From the IMG/VR virus record IMGVR_UViG_3300042935_001404: a DNA stretch of 64,000 bases; one strand, given 5' to 3'. Source of the DNA: a virus (Duplodnaviria; Caudoviricetes). Both the position numbers and the translations under genes were made by a program. The notes beneath the pieces are model-generated. The model made no database searches. It saw only the letters and a program-made list of their open reading frames with translations, and was not told where the DNA came from. Below, piece after piece: positions 37,968 through 46,214 of the stretch (positions are counted from its first letter, which is position 1; every line of letters starts with the position of its first letter).

Positions 37968-38345
37968 ATGGCCAATGATATCTTTACTAAACTCAGCGAA
38001 CAATACCCCTTTATTACACTGTGTGTATATGCTTCCACGGAGTATGTGGGTATTGTGCAGAATCAAGACGTGTCAGTTACCACCATATACGACTTTGGCA
38101 GCATACACGACCCTGCACTAAAGCAACGGTTCCTGGAGTTGGCCAATGCTTGGTGGTGGGAAAGTAATAGAAGTATTCCCATCAACATCTTCCTCAAGAA
38201 AGACTGGGATGTATTCCGTCCTTGTCTCCGCACATTTGCCAACAAAGACTTGGAAATACTTCACGGGCCTATTTGTAGCCTTGCTGATATTGCACTGAAA
38301 AAAGGCAAACGCAAAAGTATCACACTTGTGCGACGGATGGACTGA
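37968..38345 (+). CDS. Conserved hypothetical protein
   Basis: YPFIT...EYVGIVQN...WWWESNRSIPINIFLK; late promoter. Confidence 0.75.
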   Translation: MANDIFTKLSEQYPFITLCVYASTEYVGIVQNQDVSVTTIYDFGSIHDPALKQRFLELANAWWWESNRSIPINIFLKKDWDVFRPCLRTFANKDLEILHGPICSLADIALKKGKRKSITLVRRMD

Positions 38346-38898
38346 GCAGGTTCATGTGTAATGCTACCAAGGCTGCGTAAGAGATTGCGTGGCTTTTCTT
38401 AAATGTGTAGCCGCGACTTTCATCACCGTCCCACACAGAGTCGAATACCACGTCCCAAGGCTGTCGTTGCAAATGTGCTTTGCCCGGACGAATGATACTG
38501 ATAAACGCTGCCATTCTTGGAATACTATCCGGGCGCATTGCGCTCAGCAGGTCTGTATAGTTGCCAACGTGTGCTAGTTGTTTTGCCCATTCTGGTTCTT
38601 GCCACAGTCGACTCCAAGTAGGCTCTGTGGCCACTGCTGTGGCATAGTGTTCTGGACTGGTAATCAACTGATAAACACTCATGTTTAACAGGTCAATTTT
38701 AAAATAACCCAGTTGTTCGGCAGCTTCGTAGTCGATGGCCGCACAACGATTCACAGGATCCTGCGGAATGTCTGTTACATACACACCAGAGTTATGACGA
38801 CGAACTTGTTCTTGCACAGTTTGACGTGCAGGCGTATGCTGGATTAACTCCAGCAGTTGATTGCGATCTGCAAAATCAATGTCGATATCTGCACTCAT
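38320..38898 (-). CDS. Miniature DnaE (C-family DNA polymerase alpha)-like protein, 192 aa
   Basis: ADIDIDF, RHNSGVYV, GYFKIDLLN, PDSIPRMAAFISIIRPG, GYTFKKSHAISYA in DnaE order; TAATG coupling. Confidence 0.8.
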   Translation of the reverse strand: MSADIDIDFADRNQLLELIQHTPARQTVQEQVRRHNSGVYVTDIPQDPVNRCAAIDYEAAEQLGYFKIDLLNMSVYQLITSPEHYATAVATEPTWSRLWQEPEWAKQLAHVGNYTDLLSAMRPDSIPRMAAFISIIRPGKAHLQRQPWDVVFDSVWDGDESRGYTFKKSHAISYAALVALHMNLLSPSVAQV

Positions 38899-39572
38899 TA
38901 CCAACCTGCCTGCGTTAATATTTCTTTGGCGTACTCTTGATCTGCCGTGTAGTCACTGAACTTTTTTTGCCATACATCCGAGTCAATGTATGGCCATACC
39001 ATGGCAATTTGACCAGTATCTAATGTGCTTAAAAACCGTTGCCCAGATTCACTGTTGTAAATTACCCAAGGACTGATACGTCCTGTTGTCACTGCATACA
39101 CAGTGGCATTGGTACCACCATAGCGTAAACAATCCTGAGCAGGATTGCCTGTTTTCTCTGCCCAGTCAATTCCGTATTCCATTGCACGAGCCAAGGCATC
39201 GTTGATGTTTTCTACTTGCAAATAATATATCAAGTATTCTGTGTACACAGCATCACGGCACCAGTGATCAATCTTTTTGTTTTGTTTCAGTACCCATTCC
39301 ATAAAACGTGCAGGGTTAATGGCACGTGTGGCCACACAGTAGCGACCAAACTTGACAAATGCTCGGTAGTAAGGTGAGTCAGCAAAGTCATCAAATGTCT
39401 TTAGTTTAGCACTGCCTTGTGTCATTTCGTAGAACTTAATGTACGCTTGAAAGCCCAGTTCCACACCACGCTCTGCTCGTTCCATGCGTCGACGTCGCGG
39501 CTCACAACTATGCACAGTCAGGCTTGTTTCTTTGACAAAGTCTTTCCGACAATACTGACAGGTGTAACTCAT
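38898..39572 (-). CDS. Protein with N-terminal C2H2-type (C2HC) zinc finger
   Basis: YTCQYCRKDFVKETSLTVHSC = C-x2-C-x3-F-x5-L-x2-H-x-C. Confidence 0.7.
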   Translation of the reverse strand: MSYTCQYCRKDFVKETSLTVHSCEPRRRRMERAERGVELGFQAYIKFYEMTQGSAKLKTFDDFADSPYYRAFVKFGRYCVATRAINPARFMEWVLKQNKKIDHWCRDAVYTEYLIYYLQVENINDALARAMEYGIDWAEKTGNPAQDCLRYGGTNATVYAVTTGRISPWVIYNSESGQRFLSTLDTGQIAMVWPYIDSDVWQKKFSDYTADQEYAKEILTQAGW

Positions 39573-40021
39573 TTTTTAGTTTCTTGCCCCGATAACTTCA
39601 AGTGCTCGTCGATTTCTTTTTTAGTAGTAATCGACGCCAGCACCGCAATGTCATCATCTTTTAAATGTGGGTACAGTTCTGCCAACTGTTTGCGTATACT
39701 ACTAGCACCGGGTTCTTTTTTCTTAGGAGCAATCCAGGTGTGTCTGGGTGTGCCCATGTCAGGACTGACAGTGGTGGCACACAGCCATTGCAGTTCCGGA
39801 TGCCGGCTCAGTGCAAAGAAATGTTTGTTGAAGCGTTCATTAGTAGCAATAAGATAAAACTCTTGCAGTTCTCTTGATCCTTCAACTGAACTGCCCCACC
39901 GTATCATAAGATAGTTTGAGAATTTTTTACGTTCTTCGTCTGTTAAATCTTTATAAAAATTACGATCCTTGCGATCAAACTGTCGCATCTCGTTGGCAAT
40001 GTTTAGTTTATCACTCATCAC
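39569..40021 (-). CDS. Clamp-loader small subunit-like protein (T4 gp62-like)
   Basis: KKFSNYLMIRWGS...N..FF...HPELQW...HTWI pattern and size; replication context. Confidence 0.6.
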   Translation of the reverse strand: MMSDKLNIANEMRQFDRKDRNFYKDLTDEERKKFSNYLMIRWGSSVEGSRELQEFYLIATNERFNKHFFALSRHPELQWLCATTVSPDMGTPRHTWIAPKKKEPGASSIRKQLAELYPHLKDDDIAVLASITTKKEIDEHLKLSGQETKK

Positions 40022-40518
40022 CAGGCCTTTTGATAGTCTACAATCTCACAGTTACGACTGATATCTTTGACAAAATACACACAGTCCGGCTTGGGGTCAT
40101 CACTCAGCGGAATACACAACATCTGTCCATTTTTTAACTTAGGAGCATACCAGGCCACTTCATGATACACGTCTATAATTTCAACAGTTGGAAAACTCGG
40201 TCGAAAACTGCTTAATGGATTAAACTGAAATACCTTAAAGCCACGGTCGTTGATACTGGTCAATGGAAGCACTTCAAGGTCGCCTACTTCAGGTTCGCCA
40301 ATTAGTATCTGCCAGTCCATGGGCATGCGTATTTTGTGTTCACCAATTTGTAACACCAGCGCAGGAGCATTAAAACTTTCTAAAAAGATAAGCGGAATGT
40401 AATGATAGTCTGGATCCTTGGGATCACTGTTGTCAAATATAGCAAATCTCATGTCTTCAACTTCTTCTGGAAGATGGTCAAGGTCGAATGCTGTGTTATC
40501 TAGTGTTAGTATTCTCAT
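40018..40518 (-). CDS. Conserved phage protein
   Basis: MRILTL.N..F.LD.LPEE..DMRF.I.DNS..YIPLIFLESF; first gene of operon. Confidence 0.7.
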   Translation of the reverse strand: MRILTLDNTAFDLDHLPEEVEDMRFAIFDNSDPKDPDYHYIPLIFLESFNAPALVLQIGEHKIRMPMDWQILIGEPEVGDLEVLPLTSINDRGFKVFQFNPLSSFRPSFPTVEIIDVYHEVAWYAPKLKNGQMLCIPLSDDPKPDCVYFVKDISRNCEIVDYQKAW

Positions 40519-40524
40519 GTAAGT

Positions 40525-40553
40525 ATAATATAGTATATGCGGTCAAATGTCAA
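40525..40553 (-). promoter_or_regulatory. sigma70 promoter for the gp62-like/ZnF/mini-DnaE operon
   Basis: TTGACA-17 bp-TATTAT; overlapped by the last codons of the 40543-41193 gene. Confidence 0.7.
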
Positions 40554-41193
40554 GTGTTTTTAGTTTTTCTTTTACTTCGGCTGCAAATTGACTTTGCCAG
40601 GCACCGTCGGGAACATGAAACAGCGGCGATTTTGTTTGTAGCTCTAGCGGGTATGTTGCTAAATTCAAATTTAATGCATGCGATTCAAATCTAGAGAATT
40701 GGGTGTTTACTATGTCACTGTTCCGTGTCAACAGTTCAGTGACTGCTATTAACTGTTGATATATACCCATCGAGTACACAAAAGGAATATTCCGATTCTT
40801 TAATACAGACAAAGCGCCAACAATTTGCCAAAATGCACCAAAGTTTTCCCAAACTGGGTTTGTTAACGACTGACGCAAGGTCATTAACAATTTCTGGTCC
40901 TGATTTAGCAGATGCTGGTGTTGATTGGTTATCCACTGTCGATTAACCGCGACATGTGTGTTTTCAAATTCAATCCTGCCTGGGCCAGTGAACCCAATGA
41001 CCACAGCGTCGGGACTGTGCTTTAGGCCGTTAATTAGATCATGTAGTATTATGCCAATGGAATTTCCCGGGTATGCATAATTTATTACTTCATAGTCAGG
41101 CAGCATTTCTGACCAATGTTGGCCTGGAAACTTAGCATCTATAGAAAAAAAGCTGTCTCCGACTATTAACAATTTGGGCCTAGTCACTTCCAC
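40543..41193 (-). CDS. SGNH/GDSL-like protein
   Basis: LLIVGDSF, NYAYPGNS, FTGPGRIE, terminal PLFHV. Confidence 0.6.
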   Translation of the reverse strand: MEVTRPKLLIVGDSFFSIDAKFPGQHWSEMLPDYEVINYAYPGNSIGIILHDLINGLKHSPDAVVIGFTGPGRIEFENTHVAVNRQWITNQHQHLLNQDQKLLMTLRQSLTNPVWENFGAFWQIVGALSVLKNRNIPFVYSMGIYQQLIAVTELLTRNSDIVNTQFSRFESHALNLNLATYPLELQTKSPLFHVPDGAWQSQFAAEVKEKLKTLDI

Positions 41194-42644
41194 TCTAGTT
41201 TTTCCTGAGAGAACGGATAGTTTGCATCTCGATAAAATACTTTACGTTTAGTTAGATGTCGTTTGGCAAACTTACAGGTACTGGTTATATCCCAGATCTC
41301 TACATGGTCTTTGTCTTCCGCTTTTCTAATGCCGCGCCCAATTGACTGTATAACACGGACAAAGCTCTTTCCGGGTTCAAGAAGAACCAGATTAAAAATC
41401 CTTGGAATATTAATACCCACAGCGGCCACACCGTAAGTCGCCACAATAATCTTGCCAGTACTGGTGGCCACTTCGTCATATTCATCTTGTCTTGCTCCTG
41501 CTTTAGTTGCACCTGATACAAACACTGCTCGATCGCCCAGGCGTTCAATCAAAGCATGACCGGCTGCTACACGGTCCACCAATACAAGTGTATTGCCTGT
41601 GTCGTTAACATGTGACACCAAGTTGGCAATGGCAGTGAGTCTGTCTGGCTCTTCCAACAAGAACTTCAACTCACTTTGATAATTTGAGAACTCTGCGTGG
41701 TCCACCAACTGTACAATGTTCACATGACACTGTGCCAGCACACCACGATCCTGTAGTTCGCTTGCGCTGAGTTGGCTAATAACAGGGCCAAGGCTGCATT
41801 TTAATGCTTGGAATTCAAACGGCTCTTTGGGCACAGTTCCGGTCAATCCCCATCGAATCGGCACTCTAGCCATGATGCCTGTCAACAAGGATTTGAGTGC
41901 ATCTGCCTTGGCCATGTGTACTTCGTCTACCATCACACATACCACGTCCTCGATAAAGTCCTGTATGGTAACATCTGCTACACCGTTCTTTGTGTTCTTC
42001 ATCAGCACATTTAAACTTTGCCAGGTACAAATTGTATGTGTCCGACCATGCTCTTTACGGTCACCAAAGTACACCCCAACATCTAGCCCTAGGTTCTTGT
42101 AGTCTGCTTCTGTTTGTGTTACCAAACTCTTGTTAGGTACAATAACAATGCTACGTCCATATGTTTCTATGCTTAAGCTCAGTGCGGCAGTGATCAAGGT
42201 CTTGCCTGCGCCAGTGGCCACTTCTTGTATGCATTGCGGATTGCCCAAGAAGTTGTTGATGATCTCAACCTGATAGTCACGCAACACCACAGGTTCACCT
42301 GCCATTGGATGTGTCTGGGGCCATGTCTTGTGTGCAAACGAATCCTCTCGGATCTGTGTAAAGTCAAACACGGTAGAGTATTCGCGTTGGTCATCTAGTT
42401 CAATGTCGTAGTTGAACTTTTCTAATATAGGAATAATCTCAGGTAGTAAGTTTACATAAGTGCTGCCACCAAGTTGAAAGTAACTGACCTTGCCATCCCA
42501 CCGCCCTAGTCTAACTGCTGGCAAATAACGTGCACCAGGCACATCATACTTAAATGCATTTACTAGCGCACGACGAGCATCAAGTTCGAGCCCTTCAATC
42601 TTGATGTTTACTTCGTCTTTAATTTGTATTGTGCATCTTTTCAT
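41184..42644 (-). CDS. uvsW: SF2 DNA helicase UvsW
   Basis: LRDYQ, ATGAGKT, VDEVH, GLTGT, QSIGRGIR; T4 repair context. Confidence 0.92.
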   Translation of the reverse strand: MKRCTIQIKDEVNIKIEGLELDARRALVNAFKYDVPGARYLPAVRLGRWDGKVSYFQLGGSTYVNLLPEIIPILEKFNYDIELDDQREYSTVFDFTQIREDSFAHKTWPQTHPMAGEPVVLRDYQVEIINNFLGNPQCIQEVATGAGKTLITAALSLSIETYGRSIVIVPNKSLVTQTEADYKNLGLDVGVYFGDRKEHGRTHTICTWQSLNVLMKNTKNGVADVTIQDFIEDVVCVMVDEVHMAKADALKSLLTGIMARVPIRWGLTGTVPKEPFEFQALKCSLGPVISQLSASELQDRGVLAQCHVNIVQLVDHAEFSNYQSELKFLLEEPDRLTAIANLVSHVNDTGNTLVLVDRVAAGHALIERLGDRAVFVSGATKAGARQDEYDEVATSTGKIIVATYGVAAVGINIPRIFNLVLLEPGKSFVRVIQSIGRGIRKAEDKDHVEIWDITSTCKFAKRHLTKRKVFYRDANYPFSQEKLEWK

Positions 42645-43455
42645 ATGTTAAATTTCTAAGCTGTTGTGTTGTGGTAGGAAAAAGATCCAACCCATTGCAT
42701 TGTAGTTCAAGGTTGTTCAATCTCAATAGGTGTTGTATGTATGCTTCGTCAAAAATGCTGTACACTGTAATTTCATTATTGTTACCGTCTAAAAGATTAT
42801 GCACATATTGTTCACAACGTAATTGGCTATTGTGAAGTTTTTGTAGTGACAAAAACTTCACATGCTGTTGATGTATTATACTTAAATCAATTGTAAAAGT
42901 CAATTCCAGTTTTGATACAATTTCAGTTAATCGTTCTATGTAATTTTCAAATATGTCTTGGGTAGTTAATTGAGCCACTGAATTTAATTCTTGATATCTT
43001 ATTGGATTGTATGAGGCTTCTAGTAGATCATTGATCCAAAATGAGCACCACTCACGCATGATCCATCTGGGCACAGTTTCATCAAATTTACCATGGTAGT
43101 TCCAATGGGTTGCAAGTTTATACTCAATGTCAGCAGGCTCTAACAGTAACGAGATATACTTAATTAATTTTCTGTGTTGTTGTTTAACAAATTGGTTGTT
43201 AACATAATCTAATCTATGAGAGGTGCAAGGAAGAATAGAAACAATAATATCATCATCCTTGGCGCTTTTAAATGTTTCGATATGTACTTGTGTTATAGTT
43301 GATTTAGCTAATAGATTATCCCAATGCTGATGGCTATTACCGTCGTTGTTAAAAGTAAATTCACCATACGGCTCCTTTCTCAAATTAGTATAATTGTATA
43401 TGCATCTAGCAACATATGTACCGTAGCATCCAGGCGGAAAAATAACATTAATCAT
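42619..43455 (-). CDS. P-loop sulfotransferase-like protein
   Basis: MINVIFPPGCYGTYVARCI N-terminus; AT-rich insert upstream of uvsW. Confidence 0.4.
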   Translation of the reverse strand: MINVIFPPGCYGTYVARCIYNYTNLRKEPYGEFTFNNDGNSHQHWDNLLAKSTITQVHIETFKSAKDDDIIVSILPCTSHRLDYVNNQFVKQQHRKLIKYISLLLEPADIEYKLATHWNYHGKFDETVPRWIMREWCSFWINDLLEASYNPIRYQELNSVAQLTTQDIFENYIERLTEIVSKLELTFTIDLSIIHQQHVKFLSLQKLHNSQLRCEQYVHNLLDGNNNEITVYSIFDEAYIQHLLRLNNLELQCNGLDLFPTTTQQLRNLTYEKMHNTN

Positions 43456-43461
43456 AATAAT

Positions 43462-43490
43462 AGTGTATACTTATTATCTCAAGAAGTCAA
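43462..43490 (-). promoter_or_regulatory. sigma70 promoter for uvsW operon
   Basis: TTGACT-17 bp-TACACT. Confidence 0.7.
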
Positions 43491-43519
43491 AAAGACAGAC
43501 ACCTTTTTAAGGGTGTCTG
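43491..43519 (-). terminator. Intrinsic terminator
   Basis: CAGACACC-loop-GGTGTCTG followed by TCTTTTT on the minus strand. Confidence 0.7.
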
Positions 43520-43574
43520 CCATAAAGCCCGGGCCGGAGCCAACCTACTCCCGAGAAAAAGGAGATGAAATGAA

Positions 43575-43676
43575 CTAACCAACTACCACTCGAAAACCCT
43601 GCTCACGCTGTTCGTCTGCTTCATAATCAGTATCCACGGCAAACAAAAACAACTCACCATCATAAATCTTGTACAT
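43575..43676 (-). CDS. Microprotein (33 aa) MYKIYDGELFLFAVDTDYEADEQREQGFRVVVG
   Basis: GGAG RBS 6 nt before ATG; manual translation. Confidence 0.6.
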   Translation of the reverse strand: MYKIYDGELFLFAVDTDYEADEQREQGFRVVVG

Positions 43677-43688
43677 TTGGCACTCCTG

Positions 43689-43874
43689 TTAATAAGTTTC
43701 TTTTATAAAATCGTATTGTTCCGCAGGCCATTTTGCCCGGAACTCTTCTGATTTGACATAGTCGTTGTAGGCCTTAGCATCAAAAAATACTTTGCGGAAC
43801 ACTGACGTAAACTCACCCTTGGGTGTTACTGTTAAGTAAACAGACTTGGCTTTTCCTGACATATCAATCTCCAA
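43689..43874 (-). CDS. Small hypothetical protein
   Basis: 61-aa ORF, GGAG RBS near the second Met. Confidence 0.65.
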   Translation of the reverse strand: MEIDMSGKAKSVYLTVTPKGEFTSVFRKVFFDAKAYNDYVKSEEFRAKWPAEQYDFIKETY

Positions 43875-43957
43875 ACGCTAAAATAATAAATGCATAAAGT
43901 AAAGACCACCCAAGGTGTCCTAGCATTAGCAACATTAGGACACCTATCCAAGCCATA

Positions 43958-44989
43958 TTAGGCACTCTTCATACATGTGGTCTCTGACATGCGTTTCCAG
44001 TTTCCGGGAAAGCTCTTACGCAGGTCTGCAATCTTAAGAGCCATGCGCAAACTTACCTCACGCAGGCGTTCTTTGTTGACATGCATGAACTCAATAATGT
44101 CATCTTGTGCATACTCGTCAAAATCGTATTCTGCAAACAACACACCATCTTTGGCAATCTGTTTGATACGCAACAACTTGTCACGCATGGTGTCCAAGGT
44201 CAAGTCCAGATAGTGACAGCGCGATTGCAATGCGTCCAAGTGGTCCCGCAATTTTTGCGACTTCATCTTGTCAAACTTTAAATTAGTAATAAAAATTACA
44301 CTGCCTTTGAACTCAAAACGTTCTGGAATGCCTTCTCTGCGCAAGGCACTGGATTCTGACAACCAGCTAATCACACGCTTCTTGCCGGAGTCCAAGGCAC
44401 CCTTGAGCAAGTTAAGCGCAACATCATCCAACAGGATGCTGTCACAGTCGTCAAACACAATGACACTGTTGGCGTCACTGTATTTGTACAGGGTCTGGTA
44501 CAGGCCAATTGGAGTGGCACTGCCTTTAACTACTTCTGCACGGAGTCGCTTGCCTGCAAGTTTATCAAACAAGCAGGCCTTGTCAATTTCTTGTTCTACA
44601 CCAAAACTCTTGCCCACGCCTGGGGGGCCACTCACAATCATAGCACGGATGTCACCGGTCACAGTGGCCTTTGTCATCTCGTGCAGGATGTCAAAACGCT
44701 CGCGGATACGATCCATAGCTTCGTCATCGGTTTCGTTAACTACTGGGACGGGGTTTTCAATCTCGGCTGTAGGTGTGGTACTCACGGAATCTCCATTTAC
44801 ATATTCAAAGTCTCGGATGGAATTTACCCGGATACGGATTGTATCGGGGCAATCGGGAAAGGCACCGTTGTTTTTTACGGTTACATAATTGCCCTTGGCG
44901 CCAGATGTAAAACCTGACACAAGAGTAAAGGCAGTGTTACGGACAGGGTTCTTGCGATACTCGCCGTTGACAATACGAATGGCACTCAT
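43958..44989 (-). CDS. AAA+/P-loop ATPase with N-terminal accessory domain
   Basis: SGPPGVGKS (Walker A), VFDDCD (Walker B), FKGSVIFITN, SRC. Confidence 0.85.
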   Translation of the reverse strand: MSAIRIVNGEYRKNPVRNTAFTLVSGFTSGAKGNYVTVKNNGAFPDCPDTIRIRVNSIRDFEYVNGDSVSTTPTAEIENPVPVVNETDDEAMDRIRERFDILHEMTKATVTGDIRAMIVSGPPGVGKSFGVEQEIDKACLFDKLAGKRLRAEVVKGSATPIGLYQTLYKYSDANSVIVFDDCDSILLDDVALNLLKGALDSGKKRVISWLSESSALRREGIPERFEFKGSVIFITNLKFDKMKSQKLRDHLDALQSRCHYLDLTLDTMRDKLLRIKQIAKDGVLFAEYDFDEYAQDDIIEFMHVNKERLREVSLRMALKIADLRKSFPGNWKRMSETTCMKSA

Positions 44990-45019
44990 AGTTGGCTCCT
45001 TTTTGTGCGTTAAAATTGT

Positions 45020-45048
45020 ATTATAGCAGATGTAGAATTAAGCGTCAA
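45020..45048 (-). promoter_or_regulatory. sigma70 early promoter
   Basis: TTGACG-17 bp-TATAAT. Confidence 0.85.
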
Positions 45049-45217
45049 CCGGGGCAAACATCTTGCTACCCGATTCCATGACTGCACGATATGCTTCCAT
45101 GGTTTTTTGTGTCTGTGCAAGTGGGCTTTTTTGGATAAACTGCATCATTTCTAAAAATCCCATACCCAAAAATTCTGCATCTTTTTGTATAGTTTTGATT
45201 GCTGTGGCTGTCTGCAT
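45038..45217 (-). CDS. Small hypothetical protein (59 aa)
   Basis: Manual translation MQTATAIKTIQKDAEFLGMGFLEMMQF...APVDA; GGAG RBS. Confidence 0.65.
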   Translation of the reverse strand: MQTATAIKTIQKDAEFLGMGFLEMMQFIQKSPLAQTQKTMEAYRAVMESGSKMFAPVDA

Positions 45218-45246
45218 TTTAGCTCCTTTTTGTTACTGTATGCTAT

Positions 45247-45275
45247 ATTATAGCAAAAGGGGGTTTATTGGTCAA
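45247..45275 (-). promoter_or_regulatory. sigma70 early promoter
   Basis: TTGACC-17 bp-TATAAT. Confidence 0.85.
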
Positions 45276-45310
45276 CCACTTGAATTGTGGCTTTTTACAA
45301 CAAAATCTGC

Positions 45311-45520
45311 TTATTTTTTAAGCAATTCGTACAGTCTGTTGTTGATTACATCCATCTCTGCCTGTTCTACATAAAAATCTGTAGTGGGATCGTAGTAGGC
45401 GCCTTCTTTGTTGTCATAATACAACACCTGTCCGGAGAAATTAAAAGGTCCTTCCAGGCCCGCACGGGTTCCGTATTTCTCACGCATCTGGTTCACGGTA
45501 TCTATAACTTTATAGCCCAT
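45311..45520 (-). CDS. Conserved small phage protein
   Basis: GLEGPF...LYYDNKEGAYYDPTTDFY; GGAG RBS. Confidence 0.7.
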   Translation of the reverse strand: MGYKVIDTVNQMREKYGTRAGLEGPFNFSGQVLYYDNKEGAYYDPTTDFYVEQAEMDVINNRLYELLKK

Positions 45521-45550
45521 CTAGAACTCCTTTTTACTTACTATGCCACT

Positions 45551-45579
45551 ATTATAGCAAATTGGGAATATTCGGTCAA
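45551..45579 (-). promoter_or_regulatory. sigma70 early promoter, conserved-spacer family
   Basis: TTGACC-gaatattcccaatttgc-TATAAT, identical to 11105-11133. Confidence 0.9.
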
Positions 45580-45583
45580 CCAT

Positions 45584-45613
45584 AAAAAAACCCCACATAC
45601 TGCAGGGTTTATT
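45584..45613 (-). terminator. Intrinsic terminator
   Basis: AAACCC-loop-GGGTTTTTTT on the minus strand after the 45632-46186 gene. Confidence 0.65.
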
Positions 45614-45631
45614 GTGAAAATACGTTATAAA

Positions 45632-46186
45632 TTACACAGGTGTCGGCGGGGCAACACTTGAAAACACAATTGTTGTGAATGCAAGCACTGATCCAGCACT
45701 CATATAGAGATATAAGTGTCCCTCTTCTTCTGGAAGCAGAACCCCATTTAGTACTTCTGTTGTTCGGTTATCGTAGGCCAGCTCTACTGTATTTCCGTAT
45801 CCAAACGTAGTTGAATTACGGATACGCCAACCACCTTTGGATTGTACATCTGCTTGTATTTCAGCAGGAGCAGTTTGCCAGGTACCTGCAGTAATGTACG
45901 CAAGTTCTTCCGGCGTTAATGCAGGATTAGAATTCCATGCATAATTGTATTTGAACATGCCAACATGTGCCACTCCAGAAGCACATGTTACCACCACTGG
46001 AAATTGAACATCTGTGCCGGCTGAATCATCAAATGTATATGAAAATTCGCACAAAAACCCATCAGGTTCGTCGATGCTGCCCTGGCTAAATGTTCCATTG
46101 AACACTTCAGTGCCATTCACTGTCACTGTGCCCGTTGACGGTAGAACACTAAGGTTTCCTTTTAATTTAAATAATCTTTGAGTCAT
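45632..46186 (-). CDS. Late beta-rich protein, possibly virion surface
   Basis: GATAAATA 46209-46216 plus GGAG RBS; own terminator. Confidence 0.55.
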   Translation of the reverse strand: MTQRLFKLKGNLSVLPSTGTVTVNGTEVFNGTFSQGSIDEPDGFLCEFSYTFDDSAGTDVQFPVVVTCASGVAHVGMFKYNYAWNSNPALTPEELAYITAGTWQTAPAEIQADVQSKGGWRIRNSTTFGYGNTVELAYDNRTTEVLNGVLLPEEEGHLYLYMSAGSVLAFTTIVFSSVAPPTPV

Positions 46187-46214
46187 TTGATGTATCTCCG
46201 GTTAGTTTTATTTA

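Noticed and set aside
38320-38898. dnaE pseudogene
   Set aside because: No frameshifts or internal stops, coupled start, and catalytic motifs are retained while intervening regions are cleanly shortened, which fits selection better than decay.
43500-43680. tRNA in the GC-rich intergenic tract
   Set aside because: No cloverleaf, T-loop GTTCRA or acceptor stem; part of the region is a 33-codon ORF with RBS.
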